This document shows, in pieces, positions 1-10,390 of a stretch of 64,000 nucleotides of DNA; position 1 is the first letter of the stretch; each line of letters opens with the position of its first letter. Origin of the DNA: Barthelona sp. PCE (lineage: Eukaryota); contig JAUFOR010000002.1 of assembly GCA_040285745.1 (NCBI GenBank), forward strand, positions 682,001 through 746,000, given 5' to 3'. The translations under genes were made by a program, and so were the position numbers. The notes under the pieces are model-generated. The model saw nothing but the letters and a program-made list of their open reading frames with translations, was not told the DNA's origin and did no database searches.

Positions 1-989
1 TGATAGAGAGAGTCTGCAGCCCTCTCTGACCCGGCAAGATCGCAGCAGTTCAGGTAGGAGTATATTTGAGTACGACTTTGATGATCCTCTGTAACCATTT
101 TTAATTCAAAAATTGCATGTGTTCTTGATGAATCCGCGTTACGGTTGGTTGCGGAGACTCTTCGAAATGAAGAACCAATATCAAGCGCTTCGATCACGTC
201 TTCAACGTTTTCACACTCATAGTAAGTGATACCTCTCATCACCATCTTGCCATTAGCGTCCTCATTCGCAAACACTTCGTTCTTATTATTCAAAAGGTCA
301 TAGAGGTGATCTCCGTCAACCTCGTAGTATGATGCGATGACGCGACAGTTCCTGATGATGGAAGAGGGGGATTCAGCAATTGCTTCAAAAAGGGCACCAG
401 CCAAACGTTCTTGTAGATCGACAATCGTGTATGTTTTTCCGCTACCAGTCGCACCAAACGTGAATATGGTCGTGGATTGCCCGCCAATGAGCCCGTCAAC
501 TATTCCAGATCCCATGGTATGATAAATCTCAGAATTGCTCGAGTTCTCACCAAATACAAAGTCTGCTCGGAATTTACGGTTCTCCATCTTGATACTTCCC
601 GTTGTCATTGAAGATGTGCACTCGTGAACGTAGATCTGCGGTTGAGAGACAGAAATACAGTCATAATCACCAAGTGCAGATTCGCTATCAAACAATGGAC
701 GCTTACGGAGCACAGTAGACAGTGTGGGGAAACGTCGCGGGTACTGTGCTGGTGGGTTGAGCTTGGATCTGAAGAGATTGATCTTGTTCATCATAGGACG
801 AGAATGATCACGAGCAATCTGCAATGAATTGCTAACAACAGACTTCATGTGCGCCCTCGGCACGGGGGTGACACGTGTTGATGACCTGGATTTTGGTATG
901 CGTGGTTTAGAACCCGAAGGTTTTAACCTTGATCTTGAACCAGAACGCTCGATCCGCGGTTCTGATTGCTTTGGTTTTTTTGAATACAT
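1..989 (-). CDS. Kinesin-13-like motor protein (5' part; runs off the window start)
   Basis: Manual translation from ATG at 989 is open to position 1. Motifs: LRKRPL, FRADFVFGE, P-loop FTFGATGSGKTYT, switch I NADSSRTHAI, switch II DLAGSER(AAD). Internal motor domain after a basic N-terminal extension. Not in the ORF track because there is no stop in the window. Confidence 0.9.
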   Translation of the reverse strand, partial: MYSKKPKQSEPRIERSGSRSRLKPSGSKPRIPKSRSSTRVTPVPRAHMKSVVSNSLQIARDHSRPMMNKINLFRSKLNPPAQYPRRFPTLSTVLRKRPLFDSESALGDYDCISVSQPQIYVHECTSSMTTGSIKMENRKFRADFVFGENSSNSEIYHTMGSGIVDGLIGGQSTTIFTFGATGSGKTYTIVDLQERLAGALFEAIAESPSSIIRNCRVIASYYEVDGDHLYDLLNNKNEVFANEDANGKMVMRGITYYECENVEDVIEALDIGSSFRRVSATNRNADSSRTHAIFELKMVTEDHQSRTQIYSYLNCCDLAGSERAADSLY

Positions 990-1069
990 TGCAACAAAGA
1001 AATTCGTTGACTTAAGAAAGTGAAAAAAGAATTAGCGCATGTTTTGTTATAACACAAATCACATCTATC

Positions 1070-1939
1070 ATGTCTTTTACAGACGAAAACTTTGCACGAC
1101 TCGATCACTTTCTGAGGGAATATGGCATAAACGCTGACATAAACGAGATACTCAATGTTGAGCACAGTTTTCACGGTTTACTTGTTCAGATAATGTGTTT
1201 ACATGCAGATGAGAACAAAACCAGGCTGATCCAATCTCTAACAATACATGAGTTCGCAGATCTGCTTCATTCCTTGAACATTCTACAAACGCCTTCATTG
1301 TTACCAAATGATGCATCAAAACGTCTTCAATTAATTGAAGATGTATGCCTGCTGGTACCCCATCTCAGCCCAGAAGAAGGTTGTGTTGAGGAGTACCGTT
1401 TATTACAAAGAATAGGTGAAAAAAGCAATGAAGTTTTTGAGCCGCTGTCGATATCAATTAATGGAGAACAAACTGTATGTACAGAGGACTTTAACCTCGA
1501 AAGCAGCATTCTAAAAATTGATATGTTACGTTGTGGACTTGAAGATCATGCAGAAGTTTTGCAAAATGTACTTGAAAAGGATAACCAAGAATTCCCTGAA
1601 AAAGAAAAGGTTCAGCTTGATTCTGAGGTGGCTGAGCTAATCACAATGGCTAAGGATGCGCTCCCTTCGGTGTTATCAATCTTTAAAAGCAATCTTATTT
1701 CCGATGAACCAGTTTCTATGCCAGAAGGATTTGATCACACAACATCGGAATTAAGAGCTTTGTGCGACCGTGTAGTGGGCATCAACGAGCTCATTTCCAC
1801 CATAACCGAGACACAAGAAACGCTTCAGGAGAAAAAACAGCTTCACAAGGAATTAAAAACAAAAATCTTTGAAATGCATCAAATCGTGCTTCAAAAGCAC
1901 CACTTAGCTTCTGCGCTTCCTACGTCGACGGCGAGGTAA
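1070..1939 (+). CDS. Helical/coiled-coil protein, probable augmin subunit 7 (HAUS7/AUG7-like)
   Basis: 289-aa ORF. Segments KRLQLIEDVCLLV, EEYRLLQRIGEKSNEVFE and PEGFDHTTSELR resemble, in order and spacing, AUG7/HAUS7 blocks as I recall them. Divergent; not confirmed. Confidence 0.5.
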   Translation: MSFTDENFARLDHFLREYGINADINEILNVEHSFHGLLVQIMCLHADENKTRLIQSLTIHEFADLLHSLNILQTPSLLPNDASKRLQLIEDVCLLVPHLSPEEGCVEEYRLLQRIGEKSNEVFEPLSISINGEQTVCTEDFNLESSILKIDMLRCGLEDHAEVLQNVLEKDNQEFPEKEKVQLDSEVAELITMAKDALPSVLSIFKSNLISDEPVSMPEGFDHTTSELRALCDRVVGINELISTITETQETLQEKKQLHKELKTKIFEMHQIVLQKHHLASALPTSTAR

Positions 1940-2449
1940 TGGTGGTTGTCCCATTTCTTCATACAAAGCATCTTGTCCTTGTCCTTCAAGCAGAGGCTTC
2001 TCCTCTTCTTTCTTTTCCGTTGGAACCTGGACTCTTCCGAGGTCTGATGGCAGCGGGCGAAGTTGTAGACCTAACTGAGGAATGGCCAACCGCACTTTGA
2101 GGATATAACTATTCATAATGATAACTACAGCCATTGTAGCGGCTACAATAAATAAAACACACCACATTATACGCTTAGGGTAAAAATAACTTGTTCTTGA
2201 TGATTGAATCTCCTCCTGTGTGGCTTGCCAAGCTTTTGTTGAGAATATCATAAAAATTATACAAAAAAATACTCCTAGAAAGGATATGAGCTGATAAAAC
2301 TTCTTATTTTGATGTGAAGAAACCAAAAAACATATAAAAATCCCTACAATAACAAAAAAAATGCTCAAAGCCAGTCCCATGCCTATTCCGAATATGCGGG
2401 GGGAGAGGGCGTCAACCACCTCAGGACTGAGCTGTGATGTTCCCGTCAT
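1904..2449 (-). CDS. TMEM218: Three-TM ciliary transition-zone protein, TMEM218-like
   Basis: N-terminal IFGIGMGLALSIFFVIVGIFICFL followed by two more hydrophobic helices and YILKVRLAIP, matching the TMEM218 layout. Extra basic C-terminal tail. Confidence 0.65.
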   Translation of the reverse strand: MTGTSQLSPEVVDALSPRIFGIGMGLALSIFFVIVGIFICFLVSSHQNKKFYQLISFLGVFFCIIFMIFSTKAWQATQEEIQSSRTSYFYPKRIMWCVLFIVAATMAVVIIMNSYILKVRLAIPQLGLQLRPLPSDLGRVQVPTEKKEEEKPLLEGQGQDALYEEMGQPPLPRRRRRKRRS

Positions 2450-2495
2450 ATATTCAAGGTAGAAGTGATAATATTTGAATCACCCTTTACGTTCA

Positions 2496-3803
2496 ATGTC
2501 TGACTTTGAAACGCCTGTGGCCGATGAAATAGTAGATGTTGGCACAGTAGAAGTCAATGAAGTATCCGAATCTGTTGCAGTTGAAGAGGAAGTCGTTCGT
2601 CCAGCAGATATTAACAATTTCGATGCAAATAGTGAGGAGCACGAGGACAGCAAGCCGCTTAACAAGGCACTGACAACCGCTCTCGAGCAGAGGGAAGTTT
2701 TGGTTCAATATTCTTTACGCTTGCAACGTAAATTGAGTCTATACCTTAACTACAGACACTACCTCCAACACTCCGATGTACAATACACTTCCACACAACC
2801 TGTCGACCCCAGTATCGTTGAAGCACGTGGAACGATTGGTCGGAACAATAATCAACTCAGAGACACCGAACAACAATATTTAAAGGCTCTTGCACAGTAC
2901 GATGAGATCAAGGAGATGTTGAGCACAGCTGTATCGCATTTTGACGCTGAGGTTATCAGTTTGTTCAATGTTCTCAACAACCAAGAGAATTTGAGGGATT
3001 CAGCTATTGGATCCTTGAAAGACTTCCGCCGCAAGTTCTGCCTGTCATTGGAGAGCAACGGAAAGACCGTTTTCTCAAACAGAAAGATCAACGAGTGGGA
3101 AGGCGAGTTGAATTCATTCGACGACGTTTTGAACGTTGAACGCTTCCAGTACATGCTCCTGCAGCGCCGTTTGAACTCGATAGAGACCTCCCTGAAGACT
3201 ACTGCGTCCTACAAGAAGAAGAAGTCGACGCATGATCAAGAAAAGGCCGTTATGGACGAAACTGGAACAATGGTTGATCCATTCCTGGGAACTGAGTTCC
3301 GTGTCCTTGACGAGCGCCTTGATGATGAGATTGAGGATAACGTTGATATTGATGACGATATGAACGAAGTGTTTGATGATGATGACTGGCCTCATGTAAT
3401 TGATTTTGAACAATTAAAGATTGAAAACCAGACGTTAAACGAGAAGATTGAGGAAAGAAATGAAGATCTATTAAAATTAAGGAAAAAAATTGATATCTCC
3501 ATTCAGATTCTTTCACATATACGTAAGAAATATTTCTTTATATTGAACCAGACAGAGAAACTTAGGTTGGACCTAAACAACCTTAATGAGGAACTCCAGA
3601 CACACAGAGAAGCGCTGTCAAGGATCAGGAAGAAACGTGACATAACGAAGAACAGTAATCTGGAGTTGCGACAGACAACGGGTGTTATGGCGAATGCTTC
3701 ATTGAGTGATGACTTCGAGCGTAAGATGAGGGAATATGAGGAACTTCAAAATGTATTATCAGGTTTGCAAAAGAGATACCACGATATAGTAGATGATGCA
3801 TAG
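2496..3803 (+). CDS. CCDC96: CCDC96/CFAP184 (DUF4201) coiled-coil ciliary protein
   Basis: Signature HVIDFEQLKIENQTLNEKIEERNEDLLKLRKK. First ATG at 2496 (the track starts at an upstream TTG). Confidence 0.88.
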   Translation: MSDFETPVADEIVDVGTVEVNEVSESVAVEEEVVRPADINNFDANSEEHEDSKPLNKALTTALEQREVLVQYSLRLQRKLSLYLNYRHYLQHSDVQYTSTQPVDPSIVEARGTIGRNNNQLRDTEQQYLKALAQYDEIKEMLSTAVSHFDAEVISLFNVLNNQENLRDSAIGSLKDFRRKFCLSLESNGKTVFSNRKINEWEGELNSFDDVLNVERFQYMLLQRRLNSIETSLKTTASYKKKKSTHDQEKAVMDETGTMVDPFLGTEFRVLDERLDDEIEDNVDIDDDMNEVFDDDDWPHVIDFEQLKIENQTLNEKIEERNEDLLKLRKKIDISIQILSHIRKKYFFILNQTEKLRLDLNNLNEELQTHREALSRIRKKRDITKNSNLELRQTTGVMANASLSDDFERKMREYEELQNVLSGLQKRYHDIVDDA

Positions 3804-3824
3804 ATATTGTAAACTAATTTGTGA

Positions 3825-5936
3825 TTATTTATTGACGGTGTGACGTGCTTCCATTGCATCAAATTCACTTAATTTTTCCAAAGTCCTCTCATCGCAAAGA
3901 TCGGAGTACCCAAACACCAGGAGAGTGCGGTTCGGTGAGTAACACTTGAAACAGTGGTCGAATGTGGTTCCATTTGCGTCAAATTCACCTTCAAAAGTAA
4001 AGTATTCACCACCAACGCACAGTCTGGCGTGGCCACCAAAATCGACAGCATCGGAGTGGAACAGCAACGTAAGCTTGCCTGGTCGGCGAACTGGCACCAC
4101 CAAATCACTAATTGACTTTGAGTGGTTAAAGTTAAAAACAAAAACAAAATTATTACGGTCAAGGAAAATCAACTTACGAAGCTCATCAACATGCGTTACG
4201 AACGCGGGCATTGATGCGAGAAGGTTGTGCTGAAGTCCAAACTGCATAAAATAGGAGTGGAATGCCAGTACGTGCTGATATCTTAACAACTTGTCGGTAG
4301 AAAGCGACCATTGACGACGTGCGTAGTGGTAGGACCATTCGTTCCTCTCACAGGGAAAGTCCAGCCATTCGGGATGCCCGAACTCGTTACCCATGAAATT
4401 GAGGTATGCTTCACCACCCAATATATATGTTAGAGCCTGAATAAGGTGAATGAGATGAATGCCACGGTGTAAAGCTTCGGATACATTTGAAAGAATTGAC
4501 ATCTCGGTGTACATCAGCTTGTCGAGTAGCCAAAAGATAAGCGTCTTGTCTCCAACGAGAGCCTGGTCATGTGACTCGGCATATGCGATAACGGGCTCCA
4601 AATGACGCCTGTTCTGTAGGATGTAAACAATATGTCCGAGCTCCCACTCATCATCTTTCTTCTCCTTCAGTAATTTAATCCATAGATCTGGGATGGCCAT
4701 TCCCAGACGGAAATCAAAGCCAAGACCTCCGCTTTCGATCGGGCGGCACAGGGTGGGCAATCCGCTGACATCTTCTGCAATTGATATAATACGTTTACCA
4801 AACTGTGAAGAATGTAAGAGCTCATGTGCTAGTTTCATGTATACAACAGCAGATGTCTCCAGTGCGCCACTGAAGTACTCGTGATACTCACCTGTAAATC
4901 CAACTCCGATACCGTGGTGCGTGTACAGCATTGATGTCACAGCGTCGAACCTGAATCCATCAAATCCAAACTCCTCAACCCAGTATCGTAAGTTGCTCAG
5001 CAGAAAGCGTACCGTCTCGTAACTGTCGTAGTTAAAGATCCGAGAGTCCCACTGCTCGTGATAACCTTTCTTCCCAGAGTGGAAGTATCCGCTATCACTC
5101 CCGTCCATGTAACTGAGTCCATCGAAAGTGTTGGATGATGAGTGTGAGTGACAGATGTCCATGATCACCAGAAGACCCATCTCGTGGGCCTTGTTAATCA
5201 AATACCTTAAATCATCTGGGCTACCAAAACGGTAGGATGGTGCAAAGAAAGAAGTAACCTGGTACCCAAAGGAGGCATAGAACGAGTGCTCTGCAATCGC
5301 CATCAGCTGCACGACGTTGTAGCCGGCTGATTTGACTCTGTGAAGTACGTTATCTGCAAACTCTCGATAGGTTCCAACACGCTGCTCTTCGGTTGCAATA
5401 CCGACGTGGCTCTCGTATATGTGCAGTTGAGACGGGAATGGGGGCACAACGTCGCTTACGGCCACAATCTCGTGCTGTGGTGGATCATAATAGACTCCAT
5501 CAAGGAAAGAATTGCCTTGCACGTGTGTAGTCTTGTTAAGGTATGCGGGAATGCGAGAGAACTCCTTACCATCCGGTCCCTTGACGTGAACACGGATTTT
5601 GGAGAGATGTGGAATATGATCATCGAATATGATGGACCAAACACCGTTCTCATCACGCTGCATGCCATGTCTGGATGGGTCCCAGTTGTTGAACTCACCA
5701 ATTAGGGCTGCGTATTGAGCTGCGGGAAGCCATTCGCGATAAATCTTCCTGCCATCGTGCATTTTTTGAATGCCAAAGAATTTGTGGCCCGTGGCGAAGT
5801 CATAAAGCGATCCATGGTTGTTCAAAAACCTATCCTTCGCTCTGAGGAAAGATTCATGGTATGTCTGGAATATATCGCAATACGGCTTAAGAGATGGATC
5901 CTCAACGCATACCTGTGTCCCGTCCAGTATTTCCAT
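3825..5936 (-). CDS. GBE1: 1,4-alpha-glucan (glycogen) branching enzyme, GH13
   Basis: 703 aa with motifs YREWLPAA, IYESHVG, SFGYQVTSFFA, FDGFRFDAVTSMLY, IAEDVSG, YAESHDQA, YLNFMGNEFGHPEWLDFP. Confidence 0.97.
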   Translation of the reverse strand: MEILDGTQVCVEDPSLKPYCDIFQTYHESFLRAKDRFLNNHGSLYDFATGHKFFGIQKMHDGRKIYREWLPAAQYAALIGEFNNWDPSRHGMQRDENGVWSIIFDDHIPHLSKIRVHVKGPDGKEFSRIPAYLNKTTHVQGNSFLDGVYYDPPQHEIVAVSDVVPPFPSQLHIYESHVGIATEEQRVGTYREFADNVLHRVKSAGYNVVQLMAIAEHSFYASFGYQVTSFFAPSYRFGSPDDLRYLINKAHEMGLLVIMDICHSHSSSNTFDGLSYMDGSDSGYFHSGKKGYHEQWDSRIFNYDSYETVRFLLSNLRYWVEEFGFDGFRFDAVTSMLYTHHGIGVGFTGEYHEYFSGALETSAVVYMKLAHELLHSSQFGKRIISIAEDVSGLPTLCRPIESGGLGFDFRLGMAIPDLWIKLLKEKKDDEWELGHIVYILQNRRHLEPVIAYAESHDQALVGDKTLIFWLLDKLMYTEMSILSNVSEALHRGIHLIHLIQALTYILGGEAYLNFMGNEFGHPEWLDFPCERNEWSYHYARRQWSLSTDKLLRYQHVLAFHSYFMQFGLQHNLLASMPAFVTHVDELRKLIFLDRNNFVFVFNFNHSKSISDLVVPVRRPGKLTLLFHSDAVDFGGHARLCVGGEYFTFEGEFDANGTTFDHCFKCYSPNRTLLVFGYSDLCDERTLEKLSEFDAMEARHTVNK

Positions 5937-6370
5937 TGCTTGCAGTTAACGGAAAAAAGTAAAAACGGACTTGTTGAGACTTTTTGAAGCTGAACCTACA
6001 ATTGAGCTTATTTTCGTTACGCTTTGTGGTACAAATTTTAACTATATGCCGTTTTAAACTACTATTAGAATAAAATCAAGATATAATCAATAAGATCATC
6101 TTATTCTTCTATCTTTCGCAATTCACACCACTGTGTCAACTGTATTTTTCATTTTGTGATCGAGATGGACCATAATTTGTTCATAATTCTCAAAAAAAGA
6201 CATAATTTGAATCAATAACAGTAATCGAGAAACAAATCTGTTCACCTAAAATCTGACCTAATTTTGTGGAAATTGCTGGAACTTGACATTCAATATGCAA
6301 ATCCAATTAACAGATACGTGTTACCACATTTCTCCTTCTTTTCTCGGCAAAACTACATTTCTGGCATATT

Positions 6371-8245
6371 ATGCTATTTGCCCTAATATGTATGGCCCTC
6401 GGGGTTCCTTTGAGCATATGTTTATCATATAAATTTGCGGACCGAACAATTTCTTGGACAAGCATCATCATTGTTATCGCTTCATACATTATGGTTTTCA
6501 GTTTCACCTGTTTTATCTCGGTGGACATCCAATTATCAACATATGAACATTGTTTGAACGTAACTGATACCTCATTCGATCGTGACTGGTGTACATACCG
6601 TGAACCCATGTTTGACATCGCACCAAAGACTCGTGAGCTGCTTTGGGAATCTGTGTACTGGACAATGCAGATATTTACATGGATCGTTATCCCTTTCATG
6701 CAAGAATATGAGAATTCAGCAGGCTTTACAGTATGGGAGCGAATTAAGTATAGTTTGATCGTAAATGGCATTTATTATGCTGTCCTTATCGTTCTTGGCG
6801 GAATAGGAGCAATTTTTATTCTTGCAAAAAGTGGAGTTGGGAATTTCTGGGAATGGATTATGGATCTAGCCAATGCATGGGGAATTCTTCTTCTTATCTT
6901 GACCCTGAGCTATGGGCTGGTCAAGTTCCCTTCCCAGGCAATCAGGTATATACGCTGGGAGTATAGAAGACTGAGAGCGTTGAGAAAGGTTGAATCCTTA
7001 GATAACAAGTTGAAAGCAAAGAGTAAGGCATGTGGAAACGATGTCAAGCACTTCAAGAAGGTGCTTAAGTTGTTCCCCGTTGGTTCAAAAATAGGTATTC
7101 ATGAAGAACGGCTGGAAACTGCGCGACAAGGTGTGATGTCCCTCTTGCTGGTTGGTCCTCTTGAAAAAGAGGTAATCTGCGGGTTTAAAGCCGAGAAATC
7201 GATTATTGACAAAGTTAAAAGCAAAAAAGCAAAGAAGATTTTTGGGTTTTTGAAGAAAATCGTAGGTGGTCAAGAATTCCCTGATCATATAAGTCAGAGT
7301 CCTGAAAAGCTGCGAGAGGAGATCTTGAAGGCGTATGTTGCTCTCAAGAAGAGCTTGCAGGCCTTAAAGGTCGCTGACGCACGAATGTATGATTGCATCG
7401 ATGATTTCATTCGAAGTGATGAGAATTTGCTCAACATAAAGTTTAAGAATGACCAGAACAAACTGGATACAACCGAAACTGAGCTTTTATTGAGTCATAA
7501 GGCGTGGCGCCCGAAGAAGGCTGGTTGGTTTTTCGAAAGTAGACTTTATCCCAACAATATACCCACATTCGGTAAGAAAGTACGCTTTTACTTTGTTAAA
7601 TTCCTCTATAGACCTATTTTCATCCTCTATTTTGCCATTCTTTTGATTCTTTCTACGCTTGTTTCATTATCTCAATTTGGTACTTTTAATCCTCGTTCAT
7701 GGTCCGTCTTGCATATGATCATCGCACCAATCACCAACCCGTCAATAGCAAGCATTTTAATCACTATTGTGGTCATTTACATTGCCTGTTGCTCGTATTC
7801 GGCTCTGTTCAAGTTAAGGATGTTCTCGTACTATGAACTGGTGCCAAATAAGCGAACGGACGGTTTTTCATTATTATTCAGTGCCGCTTATCTTCAACGT
7901 CTCGTTGCTCCCATTTGCATCAACCTAGTAGCATTCTTAGGTGTCCCGCCCACTAGTTTCTCAGCTGTTTTCGGAAAGATTGATACCATTAACATCCTAG
8001 GACGTAACATAACAACTGCTTTTCCGTTGCTGATTGTTTTCATCGAAGTTTTATTTATCTTTAAACTGCCTAATAAGTTGCTGAGCATATGTGGCACGTC
8101 CATTGTCGATGAGGACGAGCTCAGCAGTTCACATCGTGCAATTATGGAAGAAAAAATTTCAACACTGCTTGATAATTCTGATGAGCAAGAAAAAGAAGCT
8201 GAGAATATTAGTCGAGGTTTAAAAAGATCTTGGGCAAACGTATGA
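6371..8245 (+). CDS. LMBRD2: LMBR1-domain multi-pass membrane protein (LMBRD2-like)
   Basis: 624 aa; WESVYWT..FTWIVIPFMQEY..AGFT, LANAWG, YGLVKFP, YSALFKLR..YYEL and SLLFSAAYLQRL..PICIN are typical of the family. Confidence 0.88.
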   Translation: MLFALICMALGVPLSICLSYKFADRTISWTSIIIVIASYIMVFSFTCFISVDIQLSTYEHCLNVTDTSFDRDWCTYREPMFDIAPKTRELLWESVYWTMQIFTWIVIPFMQEYENSAGFTVWERIKYSLIVNGIYYAVLIVLGGIGAIFILAKSGVGNFWEWIMDLANAWGILLLILTLSYGLVKFPSQAIRYIRWEYRRLRALRKVESLDNKLKAKSKACGNDVKHFKKVLKLFPVGSKIGIHEERLETARQGVMSLLLVGPLEKEVICGFKAEKSIIDKVKSKKAKKIFGFLKKIVGGQEFPDHISQSPEKLREEILKAYVALKKSLQALKVADARMYDCIDDFIRSDENLLNIKFKNDQNKLDTTETELLLSHKAWRPKKAGWFFESRLYPNNIPTFGKKVRFYFVKFLYRPIFILYFAILLILSTLVSLSQFGTFNPRSWSVLHMIIAPITNPSIASILITIVVIYIACCSYSALFKLRMFSYYELVPNKRTDGFSLLFSAAYLQRLVAPICINLVAFLGVPPTSFSAVFGKIDTINILGRNITTAFPLLIVFIEVLFIFKLPNKLLSICGTSIVDEDELSSSHRAIMEEKISTLLDNSDEQEKEAENISRGLKRSWANV

Positions 8246-8247
8246 TC

Positions 8248-8826
8248 CTATTTCTGATTAACAAACGAATCATATACTTCAATTAAGTGCTTCAAACATT
8301 TAACGAATTCATTTTCACTAACACAAAGTGAAAATTCAAGTAAAAATAGAAAATCTAGCTCTCTCCTGTTCAGTTCATCAGCGTCTATACCACCTACACG
8401 TGCATAAAACCGATTTGTATAGAAAACATCATCTGTGTGCTTCGCAGCTATCATTACCGCGGTTATCATAAGTCTGTGTATGTTATACATGGTCAGGGGC
8501 ACACTCTGCGCATTCAGTCTGTAGAGATACACGTACGAAACAATGAGCGCTTCATCGCTAGCGTTACAATATTGAAATATGCGATCAAAATAATCATATA
8601 TCGATATACCTGGCGGCTCAAACGAGTCAAACGGCGACGCCTCGTATCTTTCATCGTGGCTGTTACGCTTTGTGAGTAATTCTAAACAACTAGCAATGTG
8701 GGGTACAATTTCATCATGTTTGAGTTCGAAATCGCGCTCAAACTGTGCTTCAACACGTGTGGAGTTGTATTGGATCTCACTTTCAACGTACTTTAACGCG
8801 TCAATGTTTTCAAAATCTAAAGCCAT
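8248..8826 (-). CDS. PHO80/P-type (cyclin-U-like) cyclin
   Basis: PPGISIYDYFDRIFQY, YVYLYRL, NIHRLMITAVMIAAK..DD.FY.NRFYARVGG, ELNRRELDFL. First ATG at 8826. Confidence 0.92.
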   Translation of the reverse strand: MALDFENIDALKYVESEIQYNSTRVEAQFERDFELKHDEIVPHIASCLELLTKRNSHDERYEASPFDSFEPPGISIYDYFDRIFQYCNASDEALIVSYVYLYRLNAQSVPLTMYNIHRLMITAVMIAAKHTDDVFYTNRFYARVGGIDADELNRRELDFLFLLEFSLCVSENEFVKCLKHLIEVYDSFVNQK

Positions 8827-9582
8827 TTCTTCCTTTGTTTTGTATTTTAAAATCAAGAAGCGGTCGTAGTATAAGTAATGTGTTGTTATGCAAAAAGCTT
8901 CCACTTAAAAAATGGAGGAAAGGCTTGATATAATAAAAACACAACTTTCTACTCGATAACAGATATACAACTGTCAAATATTGGTATATAAATAAATTTT
9001 TCGTTCATTTTAGCACTTTATAAAGCAATATCTAGCTATTCTGAAAACCTGTTTTGTAAAATCTGTTCAATTATCAAAAAATTGTAATATACTGAATTGT
9101 AACATAATGTGCATATTATTTCCAATGAATTTAACACTACATCAAAGGAAAACAAAATTTTTTACTCATTTTAAAACCGACGATCCCTAAACTGTAATTA
9201 GTGCACTTGTTCAAGCAAAAATGTTCATCACATGACATAATCAACACAATATACTGTGTTCTAATCCACCAAACTCAACCTGTATATCAATCATGCAAAT
9301 ATTAATCAATAAAATATGACCTTGTGTGGATGATGAGTATATACGTAAAATAAAATCACAATATGACCAGCAATACCAGAAGAACGACAATGTAACGCAA
9401 GAAAAACAAATTTTCTCTAAAACCACACACAAAATAAAATAAAAACTCGTTAACTAGCCCAAATGAACATTTGGTCTGATCCTTGCAAAAACATTAATAC
9501 GTTAAATGGTACTAAATAGCAAAAACAAAAATATTTCTTTTGTAGTGTTTTTTTCAACCCCTTTCCACACACTTTGACACAC

Positions 9583-10026
9583 ATGCAACCCCAAAACGTT
9601 GACCCTGAAGTCCAAAAAGGTATGTTTTCAACGCGCGCATCAATACGACAGTTGCATATTTCGATTGTTGATTAATCGCTTAATAACCTTAATACCCTTA
9701 ACTAACACCTTGTAGCAAATGAACTCCGTGAATTAGCATCATCCGCTGAGAAATTTTCTTCAAAACTTAAGGAGCTTTACAGAACCCGTAACGAGACAGA
9801 GTCTGTTATTCGCAGCTTGGAGAGAGTTCCCAGTGATCGTAAGAGTTTCAGGTTGCAAGGAGAGATCCTCGTTGAACAGCCTGCCGGCAAGTCATTGATC
9901 GACATGCAAGCTGAGGTTGTGATGATCAGCGAGACTATCAAAGCTGCTGAACAACAGTATCACGCCACAACAGAGAGAATCACAATGCTCACACAAAAGC
10001 ACAACCTCCAACTCAGAACCCAGTAG
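9583..10026 (+). CDS. PFDN2: Prefoldin beta subunit (PFDN2-like); two exons, 9583-9619 and 9716-10026
   Basis: Removing intron 9620-9715 gives MQPQNVDPEVQKANELRELA...VIRSLERVPSDRKSFRLQGEILVEQ, the prefoldin beta hairpin (cf. RKCFRxxGGVLVE). Frame is preserved. Confidence 0.8.
9620..9715 (+). other. Spliceosomal intron (96 nt) in the prefoldin gene
   Basis: GTATGT donor; ACTAAC branch site at 9701-9706 close to the TGTAG acceptor; removal joins an ATG exon in frame. Confidence 0.85.
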
Positions 10027-10390
10027 TGTTGACTGTATCATAATACCTCATCATCTTTCATCTATCGTAAGATAATGGTATATTGAAGAAATATAAATTT
10101 CAATAAAAAGTAACGCAGGTATTCTAGGTTTTTAATCAATAGAAGCATTTATTACATATGTCGCCTTAAACGTGCTTTTATTCCACTTTACAGTTGTTGA
10201 ATTATTGAAATATGCTTACCAGCCATAATACAAATTACTACCCTTTAAAAAATGTTTTCCATATGTTTACACTGGTAAACAACTATTTCATTACATATAC
10301 ATTTCAGTAGTGTATATTATGCTTAAGTAAAAGGTTTCAAAGTCCTTCTTTAAAGAATTTAACTTTGTTCTTTTTACTGAGGAATTTAGA

